From contig CM000152.2 in assembly GCA_000004695.1 (NCBI GenBank), forward strand, positions 1,952,001-2,016,000: a stretch of 64,000 nucleotides of DNA, in the 5' to 3' direction. A model generated the notes under the pieces. The model saw nothing but the letters and a program-made list of their open reading frames with translations. It ran no database searches and had not been told where the DNA came from. The translations under genes were made by a program, and so were the position numbers. Below are positions 49,203 through 63,411 of this stretch, one piece after another. The first letter of the stretch is position 1. The number at the start of each line of letters is the position of its first letter. The stretch is from Dictyostelium discoideum. Taxonomy: Eukaryota.

Positions 49203-51710
49203 TTTTGGTTCAATTAATTTTCTGAATGCAGTTGAAGAATTCCAATCTTTACCATGAGCAATTGATAAAGTACTTTCATATTGTTCTTTATTTGAATAAT
49301 GTTGAGGAAGTTGATTTAATACATATTTAGAAACACCATCCAATGGAGCTTTTTCATCGATAATGACTCTACTATTCTTTGAATCTGCTCTTTTTTGAGC
49401 CAATTCTTTAATTTTCTGATCACGTTTTCTCTTTATTATTGCCTCTTTCTTTGAGTTATCTCTTTCTTGAATACCATCGCCAACCCAAGAACCCCAACCT
49501 GGTAAAAAGTTTGATTTCTCTTCTGGTACATCCTCCTCAACCAATTGTTTCTTTTCTTCCATAAATTCATCTTCAATATTATCTTTTGCAAATGCTTCTA
49601 ATAATAATTCTTTTTGTTTATTTGATGTAATTAAACTCATACCCATTGTTTTAGTTTTCTTTTCACTCTTTTCATCAGATTCTTTATTATTATTATCGTT
49701 ATTATTAATATTATTATTTTCAAATTTTCTCTTGTTATCTTTTTTATTTGATGTAGTGTTGACAACATTATTTGATAAATCATTACCTTTTACAACTTCT
49801 TTACCATTATTATTTTTATTATTATTATTATTATTATCATTTGAAATTTTACTACCATTATTTAAATTATTTAAACTAATTAAAAATTCATCAGATTGTT
49901 TCTTTTTATCTTTTTTACTTTTCTTTTTTGATTTTTTAACATCTAACCATGGATTTTCTTCATCTAATTCTTCTTCTTCTTCTTGTTGTTCTTGTTGTTG
50001 TTCTTTTTTATTATTTAATTTTTTAATATTATCATTATTTTCATTTGTATTGCTGTTATTATTGTTATTATTATTTTTAATTTGAATTGATGAACCTGAA
50101 ACAACTTTATGACCATTACCAAAACCAGCTTTTTCAACTAATAAACCTGAAGACATAATTTTATTTGAAGGATTTTGTTTATTTGAAGCGAGTTGTTTAT
50201 GAAGGATGATTCTATTTGATTCTTCAATCTCTCTTTCTTGATCATCTAATTCGGCTTGTTCATAATCATCTACACCATTTTGTAATTTAATTGCATTATC
50301 TAATTCTCTTTCCATTGATTTTTGCATAAATTTCATTGCATTAATACCTTTATCTGGTAAAGCAGTTGGTCTACCTAATTTTTGTAATTTCATTTGAATT
50401 CTTTCTTTATCACTTAATGATTTTTGATCAACATCTGATAAATCAATTTTTTTATTATTTTTATTATCATCATCATCACCACTTTCTTCATCATCATCAC
50501 TTTCATCATCATCATCATCTTCATCACTATTTTCATTATTAACATTTGAATTATTAATTTTATTAATTAATAATAATTCCTTTGCTAATTTTTGATGTTC
50601 ATTAATATCTCTTCTATCTTCAGTTGTTAAACCACGATTATTTAAAATATTTTTCATAAATTTACTATTATTTTTATGTCTTTGAGTCATACGTTCTAAA
50701 ACACGTCTTTCTTCAAGTTTTTCAGCTTTATGTTTTGCAAATTCTGGATCTAATTTCATGAGTTCTTCTTCTCTCTTTGCTAATGCTTTTTCTTTTTTCT
50801 TCTTTTCAACCTTTCTAAATGATTTACTCTTTATTTTCTTCTTTCTTTTATCTTTAATCTCTTGATAGTACATGATACTACGTAACTTTATGATTTCACG
50901 TAAACGTCTTTTCTCTTCAATTGGGTCGACTACTTTCTTACCTGTTGTTGGATCGATTGCACCTTGTGGTGGTCTGGTAATTGATGCACCTGAATCCATT
51001 ATTGCTTTTGAAATCTCATCATTTAAATCGGTCTTACTGAATGAACTTGCAAGTGTTGATGATGTACTTGGAACTACAACTTTTGATTCAAATTTTAAAT
51101 TCTTTTCTCTTTGCTCTCTAACGAATGGTACCCATTGTGTTAGAATTTTATGTGCTTGTTCAGTTGTAATTCTACGTTGAATCGTATCACGTTCATACTT
51201 TGAAACTGGTGTTGAAATTGGTGCTTTATCTGCAATCTCATCTAATTGACTCTTTACTTTATCAAATTCATCTGGAATAAATGACATTAAATCATTGATA
51301 TCGATTGTACCATTTTCATCAACATTTGGAAATATATTAAATTGTGATTCATTTCCAATAACCTCTGTCATATCTGGTAATTTAGTTTTACTTTTATTTT
51401 CATCTTTAATACTTCTTTTAGTTTTTTCTAAATTTTTAACAATTGAAATTAAATTTGATGAATTTGAATTTTCTTCATCATCTTCTTGTTCTGATGGTTC
51501 TTCATCATCATCATCATCATCATTCTCACTGAATAATGAATCATCTGATAATCCCTCTTCTTCATCATCATCTTCTTTTTCTTCTTCATCTTCTTCTTCA
51601 TCATGTTTTGTTGATTTTGAAGAAACTGATGAAGTTTCTTCTTTTTCATCTAAAAGTTCATCGAGATCAACAAAATCTTCACCTTCAAATTCATCATCAT
51701 AATTTTTATT
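49203..51710 (-). CDS. utp14: UTP14 exon 2. Contains the conserved LPGWGSWVG and KEQYESTLSIAHGKDWNSSTAFRKLIEPK motifs
   Basis: CTTTAAAG acceptor, in frame with the ORF starting at 51371. Matches yeast Utp14 LPGWGEWAG / REQYERSLRMPIGQEWTSRASHQELIKP. GTATGT donor. Confidence 0.85.
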
Positions 51711-51820
51711 CTTTAAAGAAAAAGTAAAATAAAATTAATATTTAATAATTAAAATAAAAAAAATTATATTATGTATGTATGTGTGATAAAAAAAATTAAA
51801 ATAAAAAAAATAATATTTAC

Positions 51821-52171
51821 TGCTTTTGATTTAATTAAATCTTCATCAGCATCGTCAAATGCATCTTCTTCTTCAATTTCCTCATCTTCAAATCTATTTG
51901 GTAATTTGTATGTATCTAATTCACTTTCACCATTATCTTCTTCATCACCATATTGAAATTGATCATCCTCATCTTCATTTTCAACTACTTTTTTTGATTT
52001 TTTATTTGTTCTAACAAATTGTTTTTTAAGCATTGAATTTTTTCTATTACCACCACCATTCGATTTAATTGTTGTTGGTTTTGTTGATTTTGGAATGAAT
52101 GGTTTGGCAGTACCATCAATAATTGCTTTAACTCTTTTGAATTTCTCTAAATCTTTATCATTTTTATTCAT
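51821..52171 (-). CDS. utp14: UTP14 (U3 snoRNP / SSU processome) exon 1
   Basis: ORF 51764..52171. GTAAAT donor after ...LIKSKA. Confidence 0.7.
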
Positions 52172-52875
52172 TTTATTAATTATACTAAATATTACGGTTT
52201 AATATAAAAAAATATTAAAAACGAATATTGTTGTTGTTAATAAAATCGTGAGAAAAATAATTAAAATGAAAAAAAAAAAAAAAAAAGTTTTTTTTTTTGT
52301 CGGCTTTTTTTTCTTTCGTTTTTCAATTTTCATCAAATCTTTTTTTTTTTTATTTTTATTTTATTTTATTTTATTTTATTTTTTATTTTTATTTTTGTTT
52401 TTGTTTTTTTTTAAAAAATTTCAGACACAATATAATCATGTTTAAGTATGAGTTTAAAACTGAGAATAATTATAACTTTTTTTTTTTTTTTTTTTATTAT
52501 TTAAATGTTATTTTTATTTTATTCTATTTTTTTTTTTAATTATTTTATTTTTTTTTTTTTTAATTATTATTTTATTTTATTTTTTTATATGGAATAGTAT
52601 TTTAAAACCAGAACTATTTATAAATATTATTTTATTTATTCCCTATATTCGGTTATGTGGAAAAACCCAATTAGTCGTTAGATAAAATTTTTTTTTTTAT
52701 GAAATTTTGATAAAAAATTGAATTTTATTTTTTTTTTTTTTATTTTTTATTTTTCAACAATTTCAAAATTTTCATTACCTATTTTTATATTAAAAAAAAA
52801 ATAAAAATAAAAATAAAAAAAAAAGCATCAGAGTTGGGGAGAAAAAAAAAAAAAAAAAAAACATATTTTCAAAAA

Positions 52876-53991
52876 ATGCAAGATATAAGTGATAGTAATG
52901 ATGAAGATATAAATAAAAATAATACCACAACAACCACTACTACCTCTTCAACTAATATACAATCAAATTTAACACCATTATCAAGTAGAAGGAGAAGAAC
53001 TCCAACAGTAACAACACCACCCACCAAACAAAAAGGTGGATATCCTAAAGAAGAGCAAGATGAAGAATTTGATGAAGATGTAGATATTGAAGAGGAAGAA
53101 GAGGAGGAAGATATATCATCAGAACCATCCGAGGACGATGACGATGATGAAGATTATGACGATGGTGGTAGTAAAAGGAAGAGAAAATCAAAGAAACAAA
53201 AACAACAAGAGGAAGAAGAAGAAGCAGCAGTAGCAGCAGCATCAGCAGCAACGTCTAATCGAAATATCATATTTGATGAAAACGGTAACGAGATATACGA
53301 AGACGAGGGTGACGACGAGGGCGACGAAGAGGAGGACGAGGAGGAGGACGAAGAAATGGACGAGGAGGGCGACGAAGAGGAGGATGAGGAGGATGATGAA
53401 GACGAGGGGGAAGAGAGGTTGGAGGATTTAGACAGCAGCGACAGCAGCGACGTCGAGGACACCACACTATTAGACCAATCTCAACAAACTCAGCAAACTC
53501 AACACCAGCAATTACAGCAACAATTATTATTACAACAAACTCAACAACAATTACAACAGCACCATCACCAAATACAAGATGGTGATAAACTATTCCAAAG
53601 TGGGGACCCAGGTGACGACTTTTTAATTCCAATCAGATTAGATATTCAAAGTAGTGTTTACAAAATCGGTGATTACCTATTATGGAATTTAAACGAACGT
53701 GACATCTCACCAGAATACTATTCAAAACGTTTATGCATCGAATTGGATTACCCTGAATGGTTTGAATTTATGATCACCAATTCAATAGCAAATCAAATCA
53801 TCTATGGTAAAAGCATCATTAAAGAATTTCGTAAAATCTTACCAAAATTAAAACAAATATTTAAAGAATGTATAGTAACAATTAGTTTAGATTTAAATGT
53901 AAATGGTCTTTACTTAAAAGATAGATTCGAATGGGATATCATTGGTCCAAATTTACCTGAATCATTTGCAAAATCAATTTCAATGGATTTA
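52876..53991 (+). CDS. snf5: SNF5/INI1 (SWI/SNF core subunit) exon 1: acidic/poly-Q N-terminus, SNF5 repeat 1 and start of repeat 2 (LIPIRLDIQ..., DRFEWDI...)
   Basis: ATG at 52876. The raw ORF start at 52834 is TTG/poly-A. GTAAGT donor. Confidence 0.8.
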
Positions 53992-54050
53992 GTAAGTAGT
54001 GTATTTATACATATTTAATTAAATATATATTAATTTGTTTTATTTTATAG

Positions 54051-54425
54051 GGTTTATCAAGAGAATTTGAAAATATTATTGTTTATTCAATTAGAGAACA
54101 AATTCAAACTCATTATAGTCAAATTACACAACAATATAATTTAAATCCAAATGGATTTAGATATTATTCATCAATGAGAAATCAACCAATTCATCATGAT
54201 CAAATATTAAGAAATGACTATCAATTAACTTATTTCACACCAACCATTAGTTATAGACAACCTCCAAAGGTGGGGGGATATGATCCACCAACAGCTTATT
54301 TCATTCAACAAAATCATCTTAGACAACAAACTCTTCAACAACAACAACAATTAAAATATCAATTAAGAACTTCAACTATACAACAACAACAACATCAACA
54401 ACATCCACAACAATTTGTTCGTTAA
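54051..54425 (+). CDS. snf5: SNF5 exon 2 GLSREFENIIVYSIREQIQTH... + Q-rich tail
   Basis: TTTTATAG acceptor. Matches human [22 protein letters not shown]. Confidence 0.8.
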   Translation, partial: GLSREFENIIVYSIREQIQTHYSQITQQYNLNPNGFRYYSSMRNQPIHHDQILRNDYQLTYFTPTISYRQPPKVGGYDPPTAYFIQQNHLRQQTLQQQQQLKYQLRTSTIQQQQHQQHPQQFVR

Positions 54426-54605
54426 AAAACTAAAAAAAAAAAGACAGCTAAAAAAAAAAAAAAAAAAAACTAAAAAAAAAAAACAATAATAAATAAAATA
54501 TAAAAAAAATAAATAACTTAAATTTATATATTACTTTATTATTATTATTTATTATTATTATTATATATTTTTTTAATTTTTTTTAATTTTTTTTTTTAAT
54601 TTTTT

Positions 54606-55028
54606 TTAATTTGAAATTGGTATAGCACTATTATAATGTTCACCTAAAGTGAAAGCATGTCTATGATAAGTTAAATAAATTGGATTTGTAAATTCTTCAC
54701 CAATTATGATATCATTTGAATAGGCATTAAAGATAGTGATAACTTTTTTCAAAGATTGTGATAATGCTTTTAATTCAATATGACCACCCCATTTACCAAT
54801 GGTTAAAACTTGTTCTTGACAATACTCTTGAATTGGATCTTCAGCAGTGGAATATTCATCTTCTGATATAATGAATGGTAAAAATTCATCTCTATTATTC
54901 TTTATATAATCTGATGCTATTGTTCTTAATTTCTTTGCATAACTTTTACTCTCTTCTTCATTAATATCTTTATTAATTAATAATTGGTTTGTAATTGCTT
55001 GATATAAACAATCACCATCTGGTGGAAT
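54606..55028 (-). CDS. OTUD6B-like exon 2: OTU catalytic domain IPPDGDCLYQAI...KWGGHIELKALSQSL...YHRHAFTLGEHYNS
   Basis: AAAAATAG acceptor. Cys-box DGxCL(Y/F) and His-box H(Y)NS of the OTU family. Confidence 0.8.
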   Translation of the reverse strand: MPPDGDCLYQAITNQLLINKDINEEESKSYAKKLRTIASDYIKNNRDEFLPFIISEDEYSTAEDPIQEYCQEQVLTIGKWGGHIELKALSQSLKKVITIFNAYSNDIIIGEEFTNPIYLTYHRHAFTLGEHYNSAIPISN

Positions 55029-55098
55029 CTATTTTTATAGTTTAGTTTAATATTAGTTTTATTTTAAGATTATCTTTATATGTATATATTATACATAC

Positions 55099-55698
55099 AA
55101 ATTTAACAGTTTTATTTAATGGTTTAAGTTTTGCTAAGAAATCATTCATTTCAATTACACCTTTTGAAACATGATTTTTTCTATCTTCTTCTAATTGTTT
55201 CATTCTTTCTTCTTCTTGTTTTAATTTTTGTGCTTTTTTAAGGTATGCTTTTGATGGTTGTTTTTGTTGTAATTGTTGTTGTTCAAGATTTAATTCTTCA
55301 ATTGATTGTGTAGTTTTATTTAGTTTTTCACATTGTTCCAATTCTTGTTGATGCTTTTTCTTTAAATCATCTTCCATCTTTTTAGTTTTCTCTAAAAGGT
55401 CAGATTTGGCTTTTTTATCTTTTTTTGGGATTGCATGATTTAATTTATCAATTTGTTGTTGTAATTTCTTTATTTCCATTTTATGTCTTTGTACCATTTT
55501 ACCTTTAGTTTCAACTTTTTCAGTATTATCACCATCATCATCATCGTCATCATCACTATTATCACTATTATTATCATTATTATCATTATTTTCTTCTGAT
55601 TTTTCATCATCTTTTTTTATATTTTCTTCATTTTTAATTTCATTTTCTTCATCATCTGAGAGATTTACAACTAATTTATTTGTTTTCTTTTTACCCAT
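55099..55698 (-). CDS. OTU-domain deubiquitinase (OTUD6B-like) exon 1: acidic N-terminus + coiled coil
   Basis: ORF 55042..55698. GTATGT donor after ...KTVKF. Confidence 0.7.
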
Positions 55699-56023
55699 AT
55701 TATTAAAAATTATAGTTCTCTATCTGTATTTATTTTAATGGTTGTGATGTGTTAAATTTAAAAATATAAAATAAAAAAAAAAAAAAAAAAAAAAAAAGGT
55801 CGATTTTAAAGTTTTATTTTTTTATTTTTTATTTTATTTTTATTTTTATTTTTTTTTTTTTATTTATTTTTTTTTTTTTTCAAAATTCTCAAAAATTTTT
55901 TTTTTTTTCATTAATTTAAAAAATCACTCTTCAATACAATTCACATTAATTTGTTTTTTGTATCGTTTTTTTTTTAAATTAATCAATTTTTATTTTTATT
56001 TTTAATAATTAAATATTTAAATA

Positions 56024-56061
<38 letters not shown>

Positions 56062-56108
56062 AATATTTTATATATTTTTACATAATTTTTAATAATAATA
56101 ATTAATCA

Positions 56109-56747
56109 ATGAGTGAATCAACAAATAATCCAAATGAAAAAACATATAAAATCAATCTAGTTAAAGGTACAAAGAAATGGAATATAGCAAAATTTTCAAA
56201 TAAGATTGATTTATCAAGCTTTTCAAAGCCTGTAAGAATGTATAAATTCAATCCAATAGCAAATATGATAAATAATGAAAGTAATAATTTTGGTCAACCA
56301 ACAACAAGTACCTATACAAATAATCATTACAGTTATAAGAATATTCAACCAACAATGACATCAGCCCCTAATGGTACAAATTCAACTGGTACTACACCAA
56401 ATACTACAACCACTACCACAACCACTACTACAACAACTACAACAACTACAACTGCAGCAGGAACACCAGGCGCACCAAATCCTGCCGCAGCAACTCAACC
56501 ATTTGTAAGAAAGAAAAGATATGAAGCAAAACCAGTTAATCCAAAAACTATCCCTTGGAAATTAGAAGATAGTGAAGGTAATAATACATATCAAGGTAAT
56601 GTTGAAGGTAATCAGGCCTCTTCAAATTACTTTTTATTTATGTTTCAAAGTGATGGTTCAATTAAAGCTGTACCATGTAATGATTGGTATAATTTTAGAC
56701 CAAAAAAAGAATTTCAATCTTTAACAACTGAAGAAGCTGAAGATTTT
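56109..56747 (+). CDS. gtf2f1: TFIIF alpha subunit (RAP74) exon 1
   Basis: NDWYNFRPKKEFQSLTTEEAEDF matches RAP74 NWYNFTPLARHRTLTAEEAEEEWERR. GTAAGT donor. Confidence 0.75.
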
Positions 56748-56820
56748 GTAAGTATTATTATTATTATCTTTTATTATCTTTTATTATTATTATTAATAAA
56801 ATTTATTATTATTATTATAG

Positions 56821-57852
56821 ATGAAAAAAAAGAATCAAGAATGGGATGTTTTTACATCTAGATTACAAAAGAAAACTGATCCATCAGGTAGTGGAAGTGG
56901 TGGTAGTGAATCAAGTGGTAAAAAGAGTATTGAAGAATTAGAAGAAGCAGAACATAGAAATAGAAATGAAGATCCAAATAGATATAAAACAACCAATGAA
57001 GAGAAAAAGAAAAAGAAAGCACCTGCAAGAAGAAGAGAGAGAGAGGATGAAGGTAATGGTGAAGATGGTGATGCACCAGATTTTGAGAGTAAATTCGATG
57101 ATGACGATGATGATACCTATATGGATGGTGATGGTTTAACAGGTGAAGATGAAAATCAAATTGAAGAGGATGAAGAAGAGGAAGACGTTGATTTAACAGA
57201 AGGTGGTTTAGAAATGAAAAAAATGATTAAAAAACAACAACAACAAAATGATTCAGAGGATGATCTTGCTGATGATGACGATAAAAAAGATAACAATGGT
57301 GGTACTGGTGGTGGTGATGATGAGGATGATGATGAAGATGATGAAGATCCAGATCAAGATGATCTTTCAAATCTTCCAAAAGTATTTGGAAAATCCAATG
57401 CAGATGGTACAACCAATTCTTCGGTTAAAAAGGAGGATGACGGTGGTAAAGATTCAAAATCCTCTAAAAAGAGTAAGAAAAAGGATAAAGATAGCTCACC
57501 AAAATCAAAGGAAAAGAAATCTAAAAAGAATAAATCCGATTCATCAGTCGATAATAGAGAATCTAAAAAGATTAAAAAAGAACCATCTTCACCTCAAGCA
57601 GTCCAGCCAAATTCTCCATCACAACAACAACAACAACAACAACAAAATATCGATCCAAATGATCCTCCATTCACTGAAGAATATATTAAAATCGTCTTAC
57701 AAAAAAGTAAAAAGGTTAAATCCTTAGATTTAATCAATATCTTTAAAGGTCCACTAAAAAATCCAGATAACAAACCAATTTTCCTTGCAATGGTTCATAA
57801 TGTTGCTCGTGTTGTTGAAGAAAATGGTGTAAAATATTTAATTCCAAAATAA
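56821..57852 (+). CDS. gtf2f1: TFIIF alpha exon 2: charged central region and the C-terminal winged-helix domain
   Basis: TTATAG acceptor. C-terminal similarity to RAP74 (YLTRKPMTTKDLLKKF...). Confidence 0.75.
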   Translation: MKKKNQEWDVFTSRLQKKTDPSGSGSGGSESSGKKSIEELEEAEHRNRNEDPNRYKTTNEEKKKKKAPARRREREDEGNGEDGDAPDFESKFDDDDDDTYMDGDGLTGEDENQIEEDEEEEDVDLTEGGLEMKKMIKKQQQQNDSEDDLADDDDKKDNNGGTGGGDDEDDDEDDEDPDQDDLSNLPKVFGKSNADGTTNSSVKKEDDGGKDSKSSKKSKKKDKDSSPKSKEKKSKKNKSDSSVDNRESKKIKKEPSSPQAVQPNSPSQQQQQQQQNIDPNDPPFTEEYIKIVLQKSKKVKSLDLINIFKGPLKNPDNKPIFLAMVHNVARVVEENGVKYLIPK

Positions 57853-58239
57853 ATAATAAATTATAAAAATAACACAAAATAAAAATAAAAATAAAAAATA
57901 TTATAATGGTGGTAGCAAATAAATTTATACAAAAGAGTAATCATCTCCTAAATATTTTAAAAAAAGATAAAGATCTTTATCTTGATCTAATTTGGTTTTT
58001 TTTAATAAATAAAAATAAATGAAAAAAATTAATACATTTGATTTTGAAATTGTTTTTGTAGAAATATTTGTGTTTGTATGATTTTTCCTTAATTTTCTAC
58101 TTTTTCTCAAAAAAGTATTAAAAATTGAAATCTAAAAAAAAATTGGTTCATATTAAATCTAAAAAAAAAAGTTTTTTGGAAAATATTTTGATATTTTTTT
58201 TTATTATTTTATTTATATTTTATATTATTTTTAGATTAA

Positions 58240-59919
58240 TTAATCATCAACATTTAATTGTTCTAAACCTGGCAATGGTTTATCATTATTATTAAAATTT
58301 ACAAAAGAGGATGGAGAAGTTGAAGCTGATGAAGATGCACTATTATTATTATTATTATTATTATTACTACTACTATTTGTTGATGTTGTATTGGTACTTC
58401 CACCAAGGGGAGAATTACCATTACTATTTGATTTTCTTTGACTTAGTAAAAATTTAGATTGATTTGATGATGGTTTTTGTTGATGGTCACCAAAAGACCA
58501 TTTACTATCACCACTACTACTTGAGATTGCTCTTTTATGTGAACCAATACTTGCTCCACTACTATTATTATTGTTATTGTTATTATTTATACCTCCACCA
58601 ACGAAATTTGTAATATCTAAATGTTTCCAATTATCAACAACAGTTCTCATTTCATTTTCTAATCTATGAACTCTACCAAATACTAAACCAGTGATAGTTA
58701 CAATATCTAAACGTTTTTCTTGAGGTACATTTTCAAGTTGTTTCATTTCTATGCAATAATGAATATCTTTTAATAATTTCTCCAATTGAGAAGCTTTACT
58801 TTTCTCTAAAGTATCTTTTTTCTTTAAAACCAAATTTTTAACAAATTCCAATTGTAAACAACCTTTTTCTTCCAATTCTGTGATTTTAGCTGTTGTAAAC
58901 ATATCAAAACTATCTAAAATAACTAAATAACTCTTTAAAACGAAATCATCAATCATTGGATAAATTGTTTCTGCTAATTTAATTACAACCCTTTTGAATT
59001 CTCTTTGAGATGGTGATTCATTTGGTAATTCATTTTGTTGTTGTAGTAATTGTTGTTGTTGTTGTTGTTGATTATTTGATAATTGTTTACTTGATGATGG
59101 TATATAAATTAAAGTTGGAATTTCTAATAATTGATGAAGAATTTCTAAATTATGTTTAACAGCCATTAAATTTTGAGGTGGTTTATCTAAATAATCTTGT
59201 GGTACAGCATTAAAATCGAAACCAATCTTTGTGAGAAAAGAATTTAAATTTTCTTTAATTAAAGCTAACCACCATTGTGAAAGTTTTCCTTTTGCAGTAC
59301 TATCTAATATTTCCTTTTTTTCATTATGAACTTTATAGAAAGAAGTATCCAAAGAGATGAAAGCCGTTTGAACCATTGATCTAAGTTCAGTCTCTCTTAT
59401 AGTTTCAATATTTTTAACGATTTCTTCCATTTTTGCATATAATGGTATATAGAAACAAGTTTTTCTAGCATTCTCCAAGAATGGTTTAGCTTCTTGTCTC
59501 GCCAATTTAATTACACTTGAGAATAAAGTTGAGGTTTGAATATTCTTATCTAATTCACCAATGATTTGAATTGAATTTTTTAAAGTTGGTAAATCTAAAA
59601 TTGACACAGTATTATTCTTACATTTATCCAAGATTTGATTATCTAAACCTTTCTTTTCAACATAATCATTAAATAAATTCTTCTCTTTAAATGTTAACAT
59701 ATGAGAGAATGGTTTAGATGGATCACTAACTAAATCTATAAATCTTTCATTCTTTAATGTTTCTAAAATTTCATTTGATAATTTATAAACATTATTAACA
59801 TTTACTGATAATAATTGTTTACCATCTTCAGTTGGTATTATATAAACTTTACATGTTCTATTAACTTCTTCTTCAAATCTTGCAAAAACATAATTATTAT
59901 TTCTATTATTATTATTAAA

Positions 59920-60011
<92 letters not shown>

Positions 60012-61235
60012 AAATTATTTCTTCATTTAATTGTTGATTAGAATTTATTTGATGTTGTAAACTTGTATTTTGTTGATTATTTGTAACTAAAAGTAATGGA
60101 TCAATTGGGGATAATGATCTAATTATTGGTGATATTGTATTATTATTATTATTGTTATTATTATTTATATTGGATAATTCATCGTCTTTTGTATTAAAAT
60201 CAAATTCAAATTCATCATCATCATTACTAATATTAATATTATTACTATTACTATTATTATTATTATTATTATTATTATTGTTATTGTTATTATTGTTATT
60301 GTTATTGTTATTGTTATTGTTATTGTTATTGATATTAATATTATTTTGAGATAAATTTGATTGATCTTGATATTCAATTATAACTAATTCACCTTTTTTA
60401 AAATCTAAATTATTTAAAGAAATTGAAGTTTTTCTAACTTCTTTAATAAGATAATCATCTTTTAATGTTGCCCAAGATTTAATTAATTTAATTAATGAAC
60501 GTTTACTAAATGAATTTTGAGAACGTAATTTAAAGATACTATCTAAATAGATTGGATTAACATCACAACCTATTAAAGAGTTATCAGCATCAATTTGATG
60601 AGTGGTTAAATAATCTAATAATTCTTTTGCAACTTTCATCTCTTGAGTTTGATATTGACCTTGATTCAATGTTGTTGGAGTTGGTGATGATGATAATGGT
60701 GATAATTGTGAAACAACATTCATACTACCAATAGTTGGTGTTGATTGTAAAATTGGTGATGATTGTAATGCTGGTGATGATATTTGAATTGATGGTGATG
60801 ATGGATTTGAAAAATATTGTGGAGTAGTTGATGTTGATTGGTAGGAGGGTGTTGTTGTTGTTGAATAATGGTGATGGTTATGATTATGGTAATGATCTTG
60901 TTTTGATTTTTCACTTGTTAAAATATTTGAAACTTCATTATCATCATTTTGGTTACTATTATTATTTCTATTGAAATTTAAAATTTGTTCATGTAATTTT
61001 GATATTGGAGAGAATGCAACGCTTGATCCAAAACTATGTTGGATTTGAAGACTACTTCCACTTGAGTTTGAATTATCATTATTATTATTCTCACCATCTG
61101 AATCAACTAAATTACCAATATTACCACTTGATAATGATTGTAGTGGTACAGTAACTAAACAAGTACTACTACTCGATAAATTTGGACTGCTTGTTGAATG
61201 ATTATTATTATTAGAATTAATAAATGGTGTTATAC

Positions 61236-61311
<76 letters not shown>

Positions 61312-61683
61312 GGTATTATTATTGGTATTGATATTGATATTGGTATTATATGATGGAGTTGAATGATGATCATTATATGATTTATTTGATAATCTAATAT
61401 ATTCATGAATGATGGCGATTAATTTTGGTATTCTTGATCTTTTAGTATGAACATTTGAATGAATAAATCTAAGGTGAAATATATGAACCATTGATCTACC
61501 ATCTTTATATTCAATTAAACTCTTTAAGATTTGATTAAATTTTATTAAAAATAATTTTTCTTCTTTCTCACTCTTTCTCTTTTTAACTTTACTATAATTT
61601 GCTTTAAAATCTGAATCATTATTAATTAGATCTTCGATTTTATGTAGTAAAGTTTCTAAATTTAAATTTTCCATAAAACTCAT
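58240..61683 (-). CDS. Large (1147 aa) protein of unknown function. Very long poly-Asn tracts, helical C-terminal half
   Basis: Uninterrupted ORF with ATG. Confidence 0.55.
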
Positions 61684-61691
61684 TTCTTTAG

Positions 61692-61722
<31 letters not shown>

Positions 61723-61896
61723 ACAACAAAATATAAATAGTGTACAACAACAATTATTTTTTTTTTTTTTATTTTTTTTTTTTTTTTCAAAAAATATAAA
61801 TAGTGTACTATAAAATATAAAAACAAATTAATAAATAAATAAATAAAATTAAATAAATAAATAAAATTAATAAAAAGTTAATAAAAAATGTGATTG

Positions 61897-61937
<41 letters not shown>

Positions 61938-62572
61938 AAATGTTGTTATTATTTATCCTTTCGTTTTTTTTTTTATTATTATTATTATTTTTAATTGATT
62001 TTATTATTGAAATCTTAAGTTTTGAGGTAATATCTACACAAAAAACAAGATGTGATTTAAATTGTATGTGTGTGTCTGTGTCTGTGTGATTTGAATATGG
62101 AGTGGTTTTCAATGTGATTTTTTAGAAGAATGTAAATGTTGCAGTGGGTGGTTGATGAAAAATAAAATAAAAAATAACCATTAAAAAAAAATTTTTTTTT
62201 TTTTTTTTTTTTCAACAATCGAGATTGGTTTGAAAAAAAAATAAAAAAATTAAAAACCAAAAAAAAATAAAAATAAAAATAAAAAAGAGGTTATTTATAT
62301 AAATATAGAAACATTATTGGTGTTTGAAATTTTCTGTGTGTTTTTTGTGGTTGTTTGTATTTGTAATTAATTAATTTATTTATTTATTAATATATACACT
62401 TACCTTTTTATTATTTTTTTATTTTTTATTTTTATTTTTATTTTTTTTTATTTTTTTTTTTTTTCACGCAAACAGTTTTCATAATTTCATAAAATTTTCA
62501 AATAAAACGAATGATTTAACCCTATCGTTTTTTTTTAATTTTTCAATAAATTTCATTACCTATTCACACGCA

Positions 62573-63292
62573 ATGGATGGTGATGATATTGGCGATTATG
62601 GATGGAGTTTATCAAGTTTAATGGATTATTATAATCCGGGTACTTCAAAATCACAACAAAGTAATGTCGAAGAAGAAGATAATAATAATGATAAAAATAA
62701 CGACAATCATAATTATTATGGTGGTGATGGCGATAGTTATAGCGATGAAGAGGAAATTCAAGTATCAGATAACGAAGTTAATAATAGCTATAATTTTAAT
62801 TCACAAATTAAATTTCCGACAATATTTAGTAAATCACCCTCTCCTTTTTCATCTCAATTTGAATTACCTCAACCAACTGTAAATTCACCAACAACCAACA
62901 CTACTCCAACAACAACAACTACTACAACTACTACAATAAATACACCAACTAAATCACCATCAAAGAAAAGAAATTTAGAAAAAGAAAAAGAAAAAGAAAA
63001 AGAAAAAGAAAAATCAAAATCAAAATCAAAATCAAAATCTAAAAAAGAAATTTTAAAATCACCACCATCATCAATTAAAAATAAAGAAAAACAATTAAAT
63101 GTAAATATTAAAAATAAATATAACTCAAATATTATTGAACAAATTAAAAGGAATTTCCCAATATATGATTCAAGGTATGAAGGTCAATTTTCAGATTCAA
63201 AGATATTACCTCACAATTTCACTGATGAATATTTAGATCACACTGAAGATCAAATTGAATCATTATGGAGTATAATTAAACCAAAAGATACT
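62573..63292 (+). CDS. Unknown protein exon 1 (acidic N-terminus, Thr run, (EK)n/(SK)n repeats)
   Basis: ORF 62573..63316. GTATGT donor after ...KPKDT. Confidence 0.55.
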
Positions 63293-63411
63293 GTATGTTA
63301 TTTTTTTAAATTTTAAAATTTATAATAATTTTTTTATATTTTTTTTTTTATTAATATTAATTATATTTTATATATATATATATATTTTTTATTATTTCTA
63401 AAATATAATAG

